Positions 23,083 to 36,740 of a DNA stretch of 64,000 nt are shown here, piece after piece (the stretch's first letter is position 1; every line of letters starts with the position of its first letter). Location: positions 43,960,001-44,024,000 of the forward strand of contig NC_086097.1 in assembly GCF_963921235.1 (NCBI RefSeq). Reading direction: 5' to 3'. A model generated the notes under the pieces. The model searched no databases. It had not been told where the DNA came from and was given only the letters and a program-made list of their open reading frames with translations. This stretch comes from Mobula hypostoma. Lineage: Eukaryota. Position numbers and translations under genes: made by a program.

Positions 23083-26000
23083 AGGGGCCTTGTTAGAGCT
23101 TTGATCAGCGACCAATCCAGACAGTGGGTTTTGAGAGGAGAGGACTTCAATCAGGTCCACTGCTTGAGTACAAAAAGCAGCAGCAGGTCGCTGCAACGAG
23201 GAAGAGCTTTGATCAGTGACCAATCAGCGTTTAGGATTGACAACAAGACCAAATTAAAGGAAAGCAGAGGCATCCCTGCGGTCATCACCTGAGTGGACAG
23301 AGTCAGGGTGGTGATTGTGAGGCTTTAGCTCTTCGAGGCTTCCAGGTACAGAGACTTCAGTCAGAGAAAGCAAAGAGAAGAAAAGCTGTCGGTTAAGGTT
23401 CTTTCCCTTCCCTTCTTTATATCTGCTCAGTTAGGACAGTAGAGATGCCAGGCAGGATAGTGGAATGCTCCTTCTTGTGGGATGTGGGAAAGCAGGGAGA
23501 CGTCCAGTGTCCCTGATGACTACAACTGGGAGAAGTATATCCAGCTGCAGCTTCTAACTATCTGCATTAAGGAGGTGGATGAGCTCAAGATCATTTGGGA
23601 GGCTGAGGGGATGATCGATAGGACATAAAAAAAGGTAGATACACTCAAGGTGCAGGACACAGGAAACTGAGTGTCAGTTGGGAAGGGGAAAAGAGTAAAG
23701 AAACCAGTGCAGAGTACTCCTATGGCCAACCCCCTCAACAACAGGTATATCACTTTGGGTACTGTTAGGGGCAATGACCTACAGAGGAAAGTCACAGTGG
23801 TCGGGTCTCTGGCACCGAGCTTGCCTCTGTGGTTCAGAAGGGAGAAGGGAAGTAAGGGGGGAGAAGAAGCATGTCATGGTGATAGGGGATTCATTACTTA
23901 GGGGAATAGGCAGGAGGTTCCTTGGGTGAGAATGAGATTCCCAGATGGTAAGTTGCCTCCTGAAAGCCAGGGTCAGGGATATCTTGGATCAAGTCCTCAG
24001 CATTCTTGAGGGTAAACAGCCAGATGTCATGGTCCATGTAGGTACCAATGACGTGGGTAGGACGAGTGACAAGGTTCTGCACAGGGAATTCATTTGGAGT
24101 TAGGTGCCTAATTAAAGGGCAGGACGTCCAGGGTTGTGATCTCAGGATTGCTACCCGTGCCACGTGCCAGTGCGGGTAGAACTAGGAAGATTATACAGTT
24201 AAATATGTTGCTAAGGAGTTGGTGTAGGAGGGAGGGCATAAGATTCTTGGATCATTGGGCTCTCTTCCAGGGAAGGTGGGACCTGTACAGAAGGGATGGT
24301 TTGCACCTGAACTGGAGGGGGACTAATAACCTAGCGTGAAGGTTTGTTAATGCTGCACGGTGGAGTTTAAACTGGACTTGCAGGGGGATGGGAACCAGTG
24401 CCAGAACGGTTAGTGGAGAGGTTGTGGTAAGACCTGAGACAAAGTTGGGAATCAAAAGGTTGAGCATGGTGCAACTAGTGTCCTCAGCTGCCTGTATTTC
24501 AATGCAAGAAGTATCGTAGGAAAGGCAGATGACAGTACTGAAGATGAGGTAGCTGGTTTACAAACAGAGGCAGTGTGTAGTGAGGAGAGGCTGTTGATCA
24601 GGCAAAATTGGGGTCAACAGGATGAGTTGCAATGTAGAAGGTGGACAAAATCGAAAAGGGTGAGTACAGGAGAGAAAGTGTAATATTTGAATGCGCGCAG
24701 TATACGGATTAAAGTCAGTGAACTTGCAGCACAGCTGCAGAGTAGCAGGTTAGCATCACTGAATCATGGCTGAAAGATTATACCTGGGAGTTTAATGTCC
24801 AAGGATACACATTGTATCAAAATTACAGGCAGAAAGGCAGAGGGGGTGGTGTTGCTCTGTTGATAAAAAATGAAATCAAATCATTAGAAAGAGGTGACAT
24901 AGGGTTGGAAGGTGTTGAACGAACAGCAAGGGTAAAAAGACCTTGATGGGAGTTGTATACAGACCCCCAAACAGTAGTAAGGATACGGTCTACTAATTAC
25001 AATGAGAGATAGAAAATGCATGGAAAAAGGGCAATGTTACAATAGTCATGAGAAATTTTAATATGCAGATAGATTGGGAAAATCAGGTTGGAGCTGGATT
25101 CCAAGAGGGGGATCTTCCAGAATGCCTACTTTTCATTCCACTCTTCAAGAAGGGAGAGAGGCAGAAGAAAGGGAAGCTATAGGCAGGTTAGTCTGTGCTC
25201 AGTGATTGTGGAGTTAATTATTAAGGACAAGGCCTCAGGGTACTTGGAGCCACATAATAAAATAGGCCATAGTCAGCATAGTTTTCTCAAGGGAAAATCT
25301 TGCCTGTTAAACCTGTTGGAAATTTTTGAAGAACCACCAAGCAGGATAGCCAAAGGAGATTTGGTTGGTGTTGTTTACTTGGATTAAGTCCTTTGACAAG
25401 GTGCCACACATGAGACTGCTTAACAAGCTATGAGCCCATGGTATTACAGGAAATATTCTAGCATGGATAAATCAGTGGCTAATTGGCAGGAGGCAAAGAG
25501 TGGGAATAAATGGAGCTTGTTTTGGCTGGCTGTTGGTGACTAGTGGTGTTCAGGTGGGGTCTGTGTTGGGACTGATTCTTTTTATACTTTATACTTTATT
25601 GTCGCCAAACAACTGGTACTAGAATGTACAATCATCACAACGATATTTGATTCTGCGCTTCACACTCCCTGGATTACAAATATTAAAATATTAAAAATAA
25701 TTAAAATTAGTAAATATTAAAAATGTAAGTTATAAATCATAAATAGAAAATAGAAAAATGGGAAGTAAGGTAGTGCAAAAAAGCCGAGAGGCAGGTCCGG
25801 ATATTTGGAGGGTACGGCCCAGATCCGGGTCAGGATCAGTTCAACACTCTTATCACAGTTGGAAAGAAGCTGTTCCCAAATCTGGCTGTACGAGTCTTCA
25901 AGCTCCTGAACCTTCTCCCGGAGGGAAGAGGGATGAAAAGTTTGTTGGCTGGGTGGGTCGTGTCCTTGATTATCCTGGCAGCACTGCTCCGACGGCATGC

Positions 26001-27327
26001 GGTGTAAAGTGAGTCCAAGGACGGAAGATTGGTTTGTGTGATGTGCTGCGCTGTGTTCACGATCTTCTGCAGCTTCTTCCGGTCTTGGACAGGACAACTT
26101 CCATACCAGGTTGTGATGAACCCTAGAAGAATGCTTTCTGCGGTGCTTCTATAAAAATTAGTGAGGGTTTTAAGGGACAGGCCAAATTTGTTTAGTTTTC
26201 TCAGGAAGTAAAGGCGCTGGTGGGCCTTCTTGGCAGTGAACTCTGCTTGGTTGGACCAAGTCAGGTCATTTGTGATATTGACCCTGAGGAACTTAAAGCT
26301 TTTGACCTGTTCCACTTGCGCACCACCAATGAAAATTGGGTCGTGTGGTCCGCTACTCCTAAGTTAAATGCCAATGATTTGGATGAGGGAATTGATTACT
26401 TTGTTGCAAAGATTGCAGATGATATGAAGATAGGTGAAGGGGCAGGTAGTTTTGAGGAAGTAGAAAGGCTACAGAAGGAATTAGACAGATTCGGAGAATG
26501 GGTAAAGAAATGGCAGATGGAATACATTATGGTAAAGTGTATGGTCATGCACTTTGGTAGAGAAATGTATGGGTTGACGATTTTTTAACTGGAGAGAAAA
26601 TACAAAAAAACTGAGGTGCAAAGTGACTTGGGAGTCCTTGCGCAGGATTCCCTAAAGGTTAATTTGCAAGTTTGAGTCTGTGGTGAGGAAGGCAAATACA
26701 ATGTTGGCATTCATTTCAAGAGGACTGGAATATAAAAGCAAGGATGTAATATTGACACTTTATAAAGAACTGGAGAGGCCTCACTTGGAGTATTGTGAGC
26801 AGTTTGGGCCACATACCTTAGAAAGGATGTGCTGAAACTGGAGAGGGTTCAAAGGAGGTTCACGAAACAGGATTGAATGGCTTGTCATATGAAGAGTGTT
26901 TGATGGCTCTGGGCCTGTATTCACTGGAATTCAGAAGAATGAGGGGTGACCTCATTGAAACCTATTGAATGGTGAAAGGCCTTGACAGAGTGGATGTGGA
27001 GAGGATGTTTCCTATGGTGGGAGAGACTAAGTCCAGGGAACAAAGCCTCAGAATAGAGGGGCATACTTTTAGAAATGTGATGAGGAGGAACTTTTAGCCA
27101 GACAGTGGTGAATCTGTGGAATTTTTTGCCGCAGGAAGCTATGGAGACCAAGACAATGTATATAAGTCAGAGGTTGATAGATTCTTGATTGGTCAGAGCA
27201 TGAAGGGACACGTGGAGAAGGCAGGAGATTGGAGCCAAGGGGAAAATTGGATCTGCCATGATGAAATGGTGGAGCAGACTCGATGGGCCAAATGCCTAAT
27301 TCTGTTCCTATATCTTATGGGTTTATA
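23083..27327 (+). mobile_element. Decayed near-full-length CR1 with internal deletions
   Basis: 5' UTR with repeated GAGCTTTGATCAGYGACCAATC. ORF1 ATG at 23445 with Cys motif and SGNH motifs (DGLHLNWRG). ORF2 remnants. TCTTATGG-type tail. Confidence 0.85.
25581..26359 (-). mobile_element. Rex1/Babar 3' fragment nested in CR1
   Basis: Closely similar to 28-805, with the same (TATAAAG)n tail. Confidence 0.9.
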
Positions 27328-27464
27328 GCATCTGAGGGAAATTCTTTTTCATCCACAGGGGAGCTGAAAGCTGTAATGTATTGCCTGAGCTGGTTATGGA
27401 AGCAGAGTCTTTAAATATTTTAAGGTAGAGATAGATAGAATTTTGATTAGCATGTAGGCAATGA

Positions 27465-28667
27465 AACATAGAAACATAGAAAACCTACAGCACAATACAG
27501 GCCCTTCCCCACAAAGTTGTGCTGGACATGTCCCTACCTTAGAAATTACTAGGCTTACCCATAGCCCTCTATTTTTCTAAGCTCCATGTACCTATCCAAA
27601 AGTCTCTTAAAAGACCCTATCGTATCCGCCTCCACCACCGTTGCCGGCAGCCCATTCCACGCACTCACCACTCTCTGAGTGAAAAACTTACCCCTGACAT
27701 CTCCTCTGTACCTACTCCCCAGCACCTTAAACCTGTGTCCTCTTGTGGCAACCATTTCAGCCCTGGGAAAAAGCCTCTGACTATCCACACGATCAATGCC
27801 TCTTATCATCTTATACACCTCTATCAGGTCACCTCTCATCCTCCGCCGCTCCAAGGAGAAAAGGCCGAGTTCACTCAACCTGTTTTCATAAGGCATGCTC
27901 CCCAATCCAGGCAACATTCTTGTAAATCTCCTCTGCATCCTTGCTACGGCTTCCACATCCTTCCTGTAGTGAGGCGGCCAGAACTGAGCACAATACTCCA
28001 AGTGGGGTCTGACCAGGGTCCTACACAGCTGCAACATTACCCCTTGGCTCCTAAATTCAATTCCATGATTGATGAAGGCCAATGCACCGTATGCCTTCTT
28101 AACCACAGTCAAACTGCGCAGCTGCTTTGAGTGTCCTATAGACTCCGACCCCAAGATCCCTCTGATCCTCCACACTGTCAAGATTCTTACCATTCATACT
28201 ATATTCTGCCTTTGTATTTGACCTACCAAAATGAACCACTTCACACTTACCTGGGTTGAACTCTATCTGCCACTTCTCAGCCCAGTTTTGCATCCTATCA
28301 GTGTCCTGCTGTAACCTGTGACAGCCCTCCACACTATCCACAACACCCCGAACCTTTGTGTCATCAGCAAACTTACTAACCCATCCCTCCGCTTCCTCAT
28401 CCAGGTCATTTATAAAAATCACAAAGAGTAAGGGTCCCAGAACAGATCCCTGAGGCACACCACTGGTCACTGACCTCCATGCAGAAAATGACCCATCTAC
28501 AACCATTCTTTGCCTTCTGTGGGCAAGCCAGTTCTGGATCCACAGAGCGATATCCCCTTATATCCCATGCCTCCTTATTTTCTCAATAAGCCTTGCATGG
28601 GGTACCTTATTGAAATGCCTTGTTGAAATCCATATACACTACATCTACTGCTCTTCCTTCATCAATG
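27465..28667 (-). mobile_element. CR1 3' fragment
   Basis: RT C-terminal ORFs 27555-28193 and 28099-28506. Candidate TSD CAATGAAA at 27459-27466 and 28663-28670. The target is an older CR1 3' end. Confidence 0.9.
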
Positions 28668-31586
28668 AAATGTTACTGTGGGTAAACAGGATGTAGATTT
28701 GAGGTTACGGTCAGATCAGCCATGAACTTACCAAATAATGATGCAGGCATGAGGGATTCAGTGACCAACCCTAGCTTTTAATTTGTGTGTTTGAATTTAA
28801 CATCACTCTTTTGGGGTTTTTCTATTAACTTAATGGAAAGAAAGAACAAATGTGATTGTTGCCTGCTTAGCATTAATCTTGGACTTTTGCCAATCTTCTA
28901 CTGCTCTTACAGCAAGAGAACAGCAGAAACTACATGGGATTTTTTGGCTTAAACATGAAAATCTGCCAAAAGCCGACAGCAGTAATAAAGTGGTAGATTA
29001 ATTACTCCCGATAACCATTGAAATTATGTTTTTTTTTCTACCTTGCTTTCTGTATTGGGCTGGGCACATGCTACACATGAGAAAGAAATGAGGAAAATAT
29101 TTGAAAATCAGGCCTACTGCTGCTCCTGTTACTTTTGTCTTTATTTACGGTAATTACCCTTCAATTTGTTAAAGATATGAGAGGTCTGCTACACTATATC
29201 TAGTTTTAATGCCTACAGATTGATACAATGTGCTTGCAGATAGGTGATCAAATAAATTTATAAGGAAATTGACCTCACTGGCTCTGATTTCCTAATATTA
29301 AAAGTAGAAATTGAAGGAAAGCAATTAATGCGAGTGATGGTCTGGAGCACAACACATCCTTTCTCAATTTTGACGTGTCCATAAATACTTTCAATGTGGT
29401 GCCTATTACATAAGGGGCTTTTCCGTTAATGAACATAAATTAAAATATTACATTTGTGTAAATTTATTGAAACAATGCTATCCTCAACTTCTTTATGATG
29501 GTGGCCTGTGTAAGTTATTTTAGAAAACTAAGTTGCAGTCCTACTTCAAGACTTTAATTGCTTTACACTGTATTTGACTCAAATACAGCATTTGACTAAA
29601 ATGCTCAGTTTCACAAAAAAACTAATAAGAATATAAACTGATAATTTTAACATAAGAAGGATGGTTGATGGACAAGATGTCTGACTAGGTTTGTGTCCTT
29701 TTGCAGCAGTGAGTTCTTTTTAGATTTTATGCTGACCCTAAAGGTCTTTGTCTGCTCCTGTGTGTCATTACAGGTGGGTCCTGCATAAGGGAATCCCATC
29801 AATCTGATGATGCCTCATTAATCAGGCATTTCTATAAAGCGTATAAAGGACAAGCAGCACCACAGGGAAAAATTGACATTTTTCTCTTTGATGCTTTTAG
29901 AATGGTAACTACCAATGAGGTGAAATGTGTGTTTAATGACAAAGGATTAAGAGTTATGGGAAAGCATCAAAATAGCTGGACTATTTACAGAATTATCCTG
30001 CATATTTGGAAGGGTTATTCTGCCTGTAACAATAGTATAAACTTTAGATTGTTCTTTGGGTAGTATGAATGCTTTTTGATTACCAAAATGGCATCCACAC
30101 TGCATGCACGTTAATAGTGGGAGAATCAATCTCCCTTTATCCAGTTAGTTTAACAGATGTATATTATTTTCTGATGCCAATCAGATATTAGTAAATATTT
30201 AATATTTTGAAGAATCTGTGATATAAATGTTTTATTGCACCATCCAGCTGAGTTGAGTTTAATTTTTGACTTTGTTCTTTGTTTTAATGGGATACGTTTT
30301 ACTGTCTAATATGCATGTGAATTCCTGTCGGGTGAAAATGACAAAAGTGGGGATGTAGGGTGGAGGAAAATTTGTACTGAACTATTTTCCTCTCAGTTAT
30401 ATATTGTCTCTTGATATTAATTCCAAAAATGTAAAGTCAATTTAATTACTCAGTAACATTTTATTTACTTCTTTACAGCTCACAAAGGTTTTTTTATGTA
30501 GTCAGAAAACATGACTAAAATTTCAAGGACTATTCTTGACTTGAAACATACAGTATTTTCTGAAGAAAACTAGTCACCTGTGACAACCATATATAAACTT
30601 GTATTCATGAATGAGGAATAGGATCTATTGATGATGCTGTTAATGTTAGTGAAGACAATCTTAGGTCTTTATGTTGCACTTTTCCGTTCTGCAACTTGGA
30701 GTAGTTTCAACACTTTTTCTGTATACTTCATATTCCCCTAGAAATTCAACACATTCACAAAAGAACAATTTAACAGCTGTTTTAAGGTATGAACTGACAA
30801 GGCTTACAGCTGCTCAAATAATTTTTCCTCTCAACCTATCTATTACATGCTACTTCCCACACAAGTACAGGAGTGTATGTGTAATTACAGTAAATAGCGT
30901 ATAATTATTGATGCAATTAACATGACAGTGAACAGCAGAAAGTGCCACTTTCAATAATCACTCTAATAGAGCTCTCTTACATTTCCAGGAGCTACAATGA
31001 AGTTACAGTTGAATAAATGGCCTTTCAAAAATTAGTCTTGCCATTTTGCTTCTCTGGCAAAGGACAATAGATTTTGCTAATTAGGTGAAAGAAAAGGCAA
31101 ATTACTGTTCACGTGGGAGTGTACCCTTGCAATAGTCATCTGAAACACAGTAGACCACATTAGTTTTGGTCCAAATAAAGAAAGGTTTTATTTACATAAA
31201 TCAGACCTCAAGCTTGTCACATTGGGTGCAAATTTCTCGCCTTCTGCACTTGATGTGGAACTTTGTGTGCATCAAGAATGATTTTAAGTATAATATATGA
31301 AGTTGGCTTCACACTTAAAGAGCTAATTTGGACAATGTTGGAAAACATACTCCAGGATTACTTGGAGCCATAAAATCGTACAGCAACAAAAAAGGCCCTT
31401 CAGCCCAGCTGGTCCCCATACTGACCAAGATGCCCATCAAAAACAGTTCCATTTGGCTGCATTTGGTCCATACCCTTCCTGCATTTTTATACCTATACCT
31501 GTCCAAGTGGCTTTTAAATGTTGTTTGTATACGTGCTTCAACCACTTTCTCTGGCAGCTCATTAATTATAAGGTATATACATATAC

Positions 31587-32367
31587 AGTAGGACTAATCA
31601 AAATAGGACATACATGGTAAATGGTAGGGCATTGAAGAATGCTGTAGAACAGAGGGATCTAGGAATAATGGTGCATAGTTCCCTGAAGGTGGAATCTCAT
31701 GTGGATAGGGTAGTGAAGAAAGCTTTTGGTACGCTGGCCTTTATTAATCAGAGCATTGAGTATAGGAGTTGGGACGTAATGTTGAAATTGTATAAAGCAC
31801 TGGTAAGGCCAAATTTGGAGTATTGTGCACAGTTCTGGTCACCGAATTATAGGAAAGATGTCAATAAAGTTGAGAGAGTACAGAGGAGATTTACTAAAAT
31901 GTTGCCTGTGTTTCATCTCCTAAGTTACAGAGAAAAGTTGAACAAGTTAGGCCTTTATTCTTCGGAGCGTAGAAGGTTGAGGGGGGTTTTGATAGAGGTG
32001 TTTAAAATTATGAGGGGGATTGATAGAGTTGATGTGGATAGGCTTTTTCCATTGAGAGTGAGGAGATTCAAACAAGAGGACATGAGTTGAGAGTTAAAGT
32101 GCAGAAGTTTAGGGGTAACATGAGGGGGAACTTCTTTACTCAGAGAGTGGTAGCAGTGTGGAACGAGCTTCCAGCAGAAGTGGTTGCGGCAGGTTCAATG
32201 CTGTCATTTAAAGTTAAATTGGGCAGCTATATGGACAGGAAAGGAATGGAGGGTGATGGGCCGAGTGCAGGTCGGTGGGACTAGGTGAGAGTAAGAGTTT
32301 GGCATGGACTAGAAGGGCCGAGATGGCCTGTTTCCATGCTGCAATTGTTATATGGTTATATGGTTAT
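31587..32367 (+). mobile_element. CR1 3' fragment inside an older minus-strand CR1 end (about 31365-32590)
   Basis: LVRPNLEYCAQFWSP, FFTQRVVAVWNELP and an (ATATGGTT)n tail. Confidence 0.9.
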
Positions 32368-33506
32368 AGTACGCTCCACCCTCTGTGTGATGAAGTAGTT
32401 TCCTCACCATTTTAAGTCTTTTCCCTTTTATTTTGAATTTATACCCTCCAGTTCTTGATTCCCAACCTCAGGAAAAAGACTGAGTGCATTCATCCTATCT
32501 ATGTCCCTCATGGATTTGTACACCTCAATATGGTCACCCTACTCAACCTCTCCCTATAACTCAGGCCCTTGGGTCCTGGCAACATTCTCTTAAGCTCTTC
32601 TTTGCCTTAATGAAGCCTCTCCTATCAGAAAAGTCTCTTGGTAAGAAAGGAAAGGCTATATCTTTCATGTCTTGCTAAACTGCTTTTCAGTTGAAGAAGT
32701 GCTCATGAAGTAATTGCTGTTGAAAGCAGTATTCCTAGTCATCCTGGTATAACCGGGGGCTTATTGAAATAAAGGGCTGCTTCCTTGATTAATATACTCA
32801 TGGCAGCCCAGGAGATGAGTGCTTTACACTTCCTGTTCTCGTGGGTGTTGTCATATCACCGGCAGTTGTCGATCAGCTTTGAATTTGCGAACTCCATGTG
32901 CAGAGTTTTAGTCACTTGGAGAGGGCTTCGGGCTTATTAATCATAAGTGTTTCTACTGTCAGATTACTGGAAGTTGCCAGTGTTAATGATTGGGTAGTGT
33001 GGACAAATGGGATAACTCTGAAATGGCAGAACTTCTGAAATGGACAGGGTCTTTGAATTTCAGAAATACCAGTAAAGTTTTGGGGGAGGGGGGAGGGAAG
33101 GAGGAAACCCTTCTTCTTTCCCACTCTTGATAGCACGTGGTGAGATATCATGTGATTAAACTTTTCAAAAACACCCACTGTACAACCAGGGCTGGCCAGT
33201 ATCGTTAATTAAAAATGGCAGGTTATTTGTACCAGCAAGCTCTTAAAAACAAGCAGTGAAATCAATGGGCAGGGCACTGAATCCTCTGCTTGTGTAGTTA
33301 GCTTGCCAATGTTGTGTCACTCTCACGAGGCATTTGATCTGGTGAAGTGCTTTCTGTACTACTAGTGATATTTATTCTTGATATATCTGGTTCTTTGTAC
33401 CTTCAACATTTTTTCAGGTTCTGTTTGTTTTCCTAGGTACTCCATGTACTATGTTTAATCTGCTCTTATCTTTTCTGACTGCAATCAAATATGGTTTATT
33501 GTTTCA

Positions 33507-33708
33507 ATCACAAACAAGAGAAATCTGCAGATGCTGGAAATCTAAAGTAATACACACAAAATGCTGGAGAAACTCAGCACCTTTTTTATTATTTGTTTGA
33601 TGGCTATAGTGTCCTGATGAAGAGAATTTTTGCTGCTCAACCCACTGAGTTCTTCCGGCAAATCGTGTGTTGCTCCATATTCCAGCATCTGCAGTCTCTT
33701 GTGTCTCC
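33507..33708. mobile_element. Miniature, decayed inverted pair of Penelope pLTR 3' ends
   Basis: CTGCAGATGCTGGAA… on the left and …TTCCAGCATCTGCAG on the right. Half hammerhead GTCCTGATGAAG at 33611. Degenerate flanking repeat ATGGTTTATTGTTTCA / ATGTTTTATTGCTCCA. Confidence 0.65.
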
Positions 33709-34349
33709 ATGTTTTATTGCTCCATTTATAGATTGTCGGTACTTTGTCCCAGTGCTTCTTGATTTCTACATGATGCTCCTTTTCATCAACATCTTCAGGT
33801 GGTTGAAACTTATTCCCTAACAAGACCTTTCAGTATTTCAGCAGATTTTAACTTGCCGGTGTCACAAGTTCCATGTTGCTTATTTAGCAGACTTGCAATC
33901 CTAAGAAGCCTTCACAAGTTGGTGATTGTTCCAGCATCTACTCCCCATATCACATTTCATCTTTCTGTGATTCTCACCATTTGCTATTGATCATCATATG
34001 GTCAATCTGCTTCTAATCTCCTCCATTTGAAGAACATCATGTCAACTTGTGAATTTCACATGATTGACATAATGTTCTGCCTACAACTTCACTGTTATGT
34101 GGAAGAGATTAACAAGTTGTTCGCATTCATGAAGCCACACTATGTTTTCCCATTAGACTACTGTTATGCCATTATCTTTACTGCCTTTGGTATTTTGACA
34201 ATTGTCAGGTCATGATAGGCGTTTTCTCTAAGCCTGCCTGTCATCTGAGTGAGAATTTGTTCTTCTTCATGTTTTTAGTGTCATTTGAATTTTAAAAAAA
34301 TCTGATTCTAGGGTAGCCTATCTTACAATTTGTCTAGTTTTGTGCTTAG

Positions 34350-35750
34350 ACCATAAGACCATATGACATGGGAGTAGAATTAGGCCAGTCAGCTCATCAA
34401 GTCTTCTCCTCCTTCCCATCATGACTGATCCTGGATCCCACTCAACCCCATACACCTGCCTTCTCACCATATCCTTTGATGCCCTGACCGATCAGGAAAC
34501 TATCAATTTCTGCCTTAAATATACCCATGGACTTGGCCTCCGCTGTAGCCTGTGGCAGAGCATTCCACAGATTCTGGCTAAAAAAATTCCTGCTTACCTG
34601 TGTTCTAAAAGATCGCACCTCAGTTTTGAGGCTGTGCCTTCTAGTGCTGGATACTTCCACCACAGGAAACATTCTCTCCACATCCACCCTATCTAGTCCT
34701 TTCAACATTCGGTCGGTTTCAATGAGATCCCCAGGCATTCTTTTAACTTCCACTGAGTACAGGCCCAAAGCTGCCAAACACTCCTCATATGTTAGCTCCT
34801 TCATTCCCAGAATCATTCTCATGAACCTCCTCTGGACTCTCTCCAATGACAACACATCCTTTCTGAGATATGGGGCCCAAAACTGTTGACAGTATTTCAA
34901 GTGCGGCCTGACTAGTGTCTTATAAAGCATCAGCATTATCTCTTTGGTTTTATATTCTAATCTCCTTGAAGTAAATGCCAACATTGCTTTTGCCTTCTTT
35001 ACCACAGACTCAAACTGTAAATTAACCTTCTGGGAGTCTTGCACAAGGATTCTGAAGTTCCTCTATACCTCCGGTGTTTGTACCTTCTCCCCATTTAGGT
35101 AATAGTCTGCATTATTGTTCCTTTTACCAAAATGCATTTTCATACATTTCCCGACATTATATTCCATCTGCCATTCTTTTGCCCATTCTTCCAATTTGTC
35201 GAAGTCCTGCTGCAATCACATTTCTTCCTAGGCACTACCTATCCCTCCACCTATCTTAATATCATCCACAAACTTTGCCACAAAGCCATCAATTCCATTA
35301 TCCAAATCATTGACAAACGATGTGAAACGCAGCGGTCCCAATACTGACCCCTGAGGAACACCACTAGTCACTGGCAGCCAACCAGAAAAGGCCCTCTTTA
35401 TTCCCATTTGTTGGCTCCTGCCTGTCAGCCATTCCTCTATCCATGCCAGTATCTTTCCTGTAACACCATAGGACTTAATCTTGTTTTGCAGCCTCATGTG
35501 TGGCACCTAATCAAATGTCTTCTGAAAATCCAAGTAAATGTCTGCTCTGCCATTTCATCATGGCCGATCCATTTTTCTTCTCAGCCCCAATCTCCCACCT
35601 TTCCTCTGTATTTTTTCATGCCCTGACCAATCAAGAATCTAACAACCTCTGCCTTATATGTACATAAAGATTTGGCCTCCACAGTTGCCTGTGGCAGCAA
35701 ATTCCACAGGTTTAGCACTCTCTGGCTAAAGAAATTACTCCCTTATCTCC
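34350..35750 (-). mobile_element. CR1 3' fragment(s)
   Basis: [26 protein letters not shown] and (CTTATGGT)n tail. A second short 3' end lies at about 35545-35750. Confidence 0.85.
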
Positions 35751-35974
35751 ATTTTACTGATAGAGTTTTTTTCACCATAAAAAAATAATGCATGGCTGTT
35801 TTTTAATTTTTCATATACAGTATATGATTCCCAAGTTATCATTTTGTTTAAAGTTTATTAATTATGAATAAGAGATATGACATGTTAAACAGCTGCCCAA
35901 AGAGTACTAAAGTTTTATGATGAAGTGAGTTGGTTCAGAGTTTGAGCTATGGCTTCAGGTCAATGTCATTAACC

Positions 35975-36740
35975 AGCTTTAAAAGGGCAGCGATCATATT
36001 GGTGCCTGAGAACAGCAAGGTAATCTGTCTCAATAACTATTGCCCAGTAGCAGTCTGCTATGATGAAGTGCCTTGAGAGGTCGGTCATAGCTAGAATTAA
36101 CTCCTACCTGGGCATGGAACTGGACCTACTGCAATTTTCCTACCACCTCAACAGGTCTGTAGTGGATGCTATCTCACTGCCTCTCCACTCTGCTTCAGAG
36201 CCCAAAGACAACAGCAAAACATACGTCAGAGGCTGCTGTTTATTAATTACAGCTCAGCGTTCAACACCTTTATCCCCTCACGATGGATCAACGTGCTTGT
36301 GTCTACTCAATCTTAGGGTAGGGTCTATACATTGGATAGTGGGGCACTGAGCTGTGCGTTAGAACAGAGGGATCTGGGAATACAGATCCATAATTCCTTG
36401 TAAGTGGCATCACAGATACTGTGGATAGAGTTGAAAAATGAGCTTTCGGCACATTGGTGTTAATAAAAAAGAAGTACTGAGTTTAGGGATGTTATGCTGA
36501 AGCTGTATAGACATTAATGAAGCCTAACTTTGAGTTGCCTATCAATAGGAAATGTATCAATAAGACTGAAATAGTGCAGAGAAAATTTACAAGGACATTG
36601 CTGGGACTTGAGGATCTGAGTTATTGGGAATGCTGGAAAAGGTTAGGATTTCATTCCCTAAGGGGAGACTGGATAGAGGTATACAAAATGCTGATGGGTA
36701 AAGATGGTGTAAATACAAACAGGCTTCTTCCATTGATGTT
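35975..36740 (+). mobile_element. Old Rex1-type RT fragment followed by a CR1 fragment
   Basis: MKCLERSV…DLLQFSY…DAISL, then VQRKFTRTLLGLEDLSY…LRGDWIEVYK. Confidence 0.7.
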
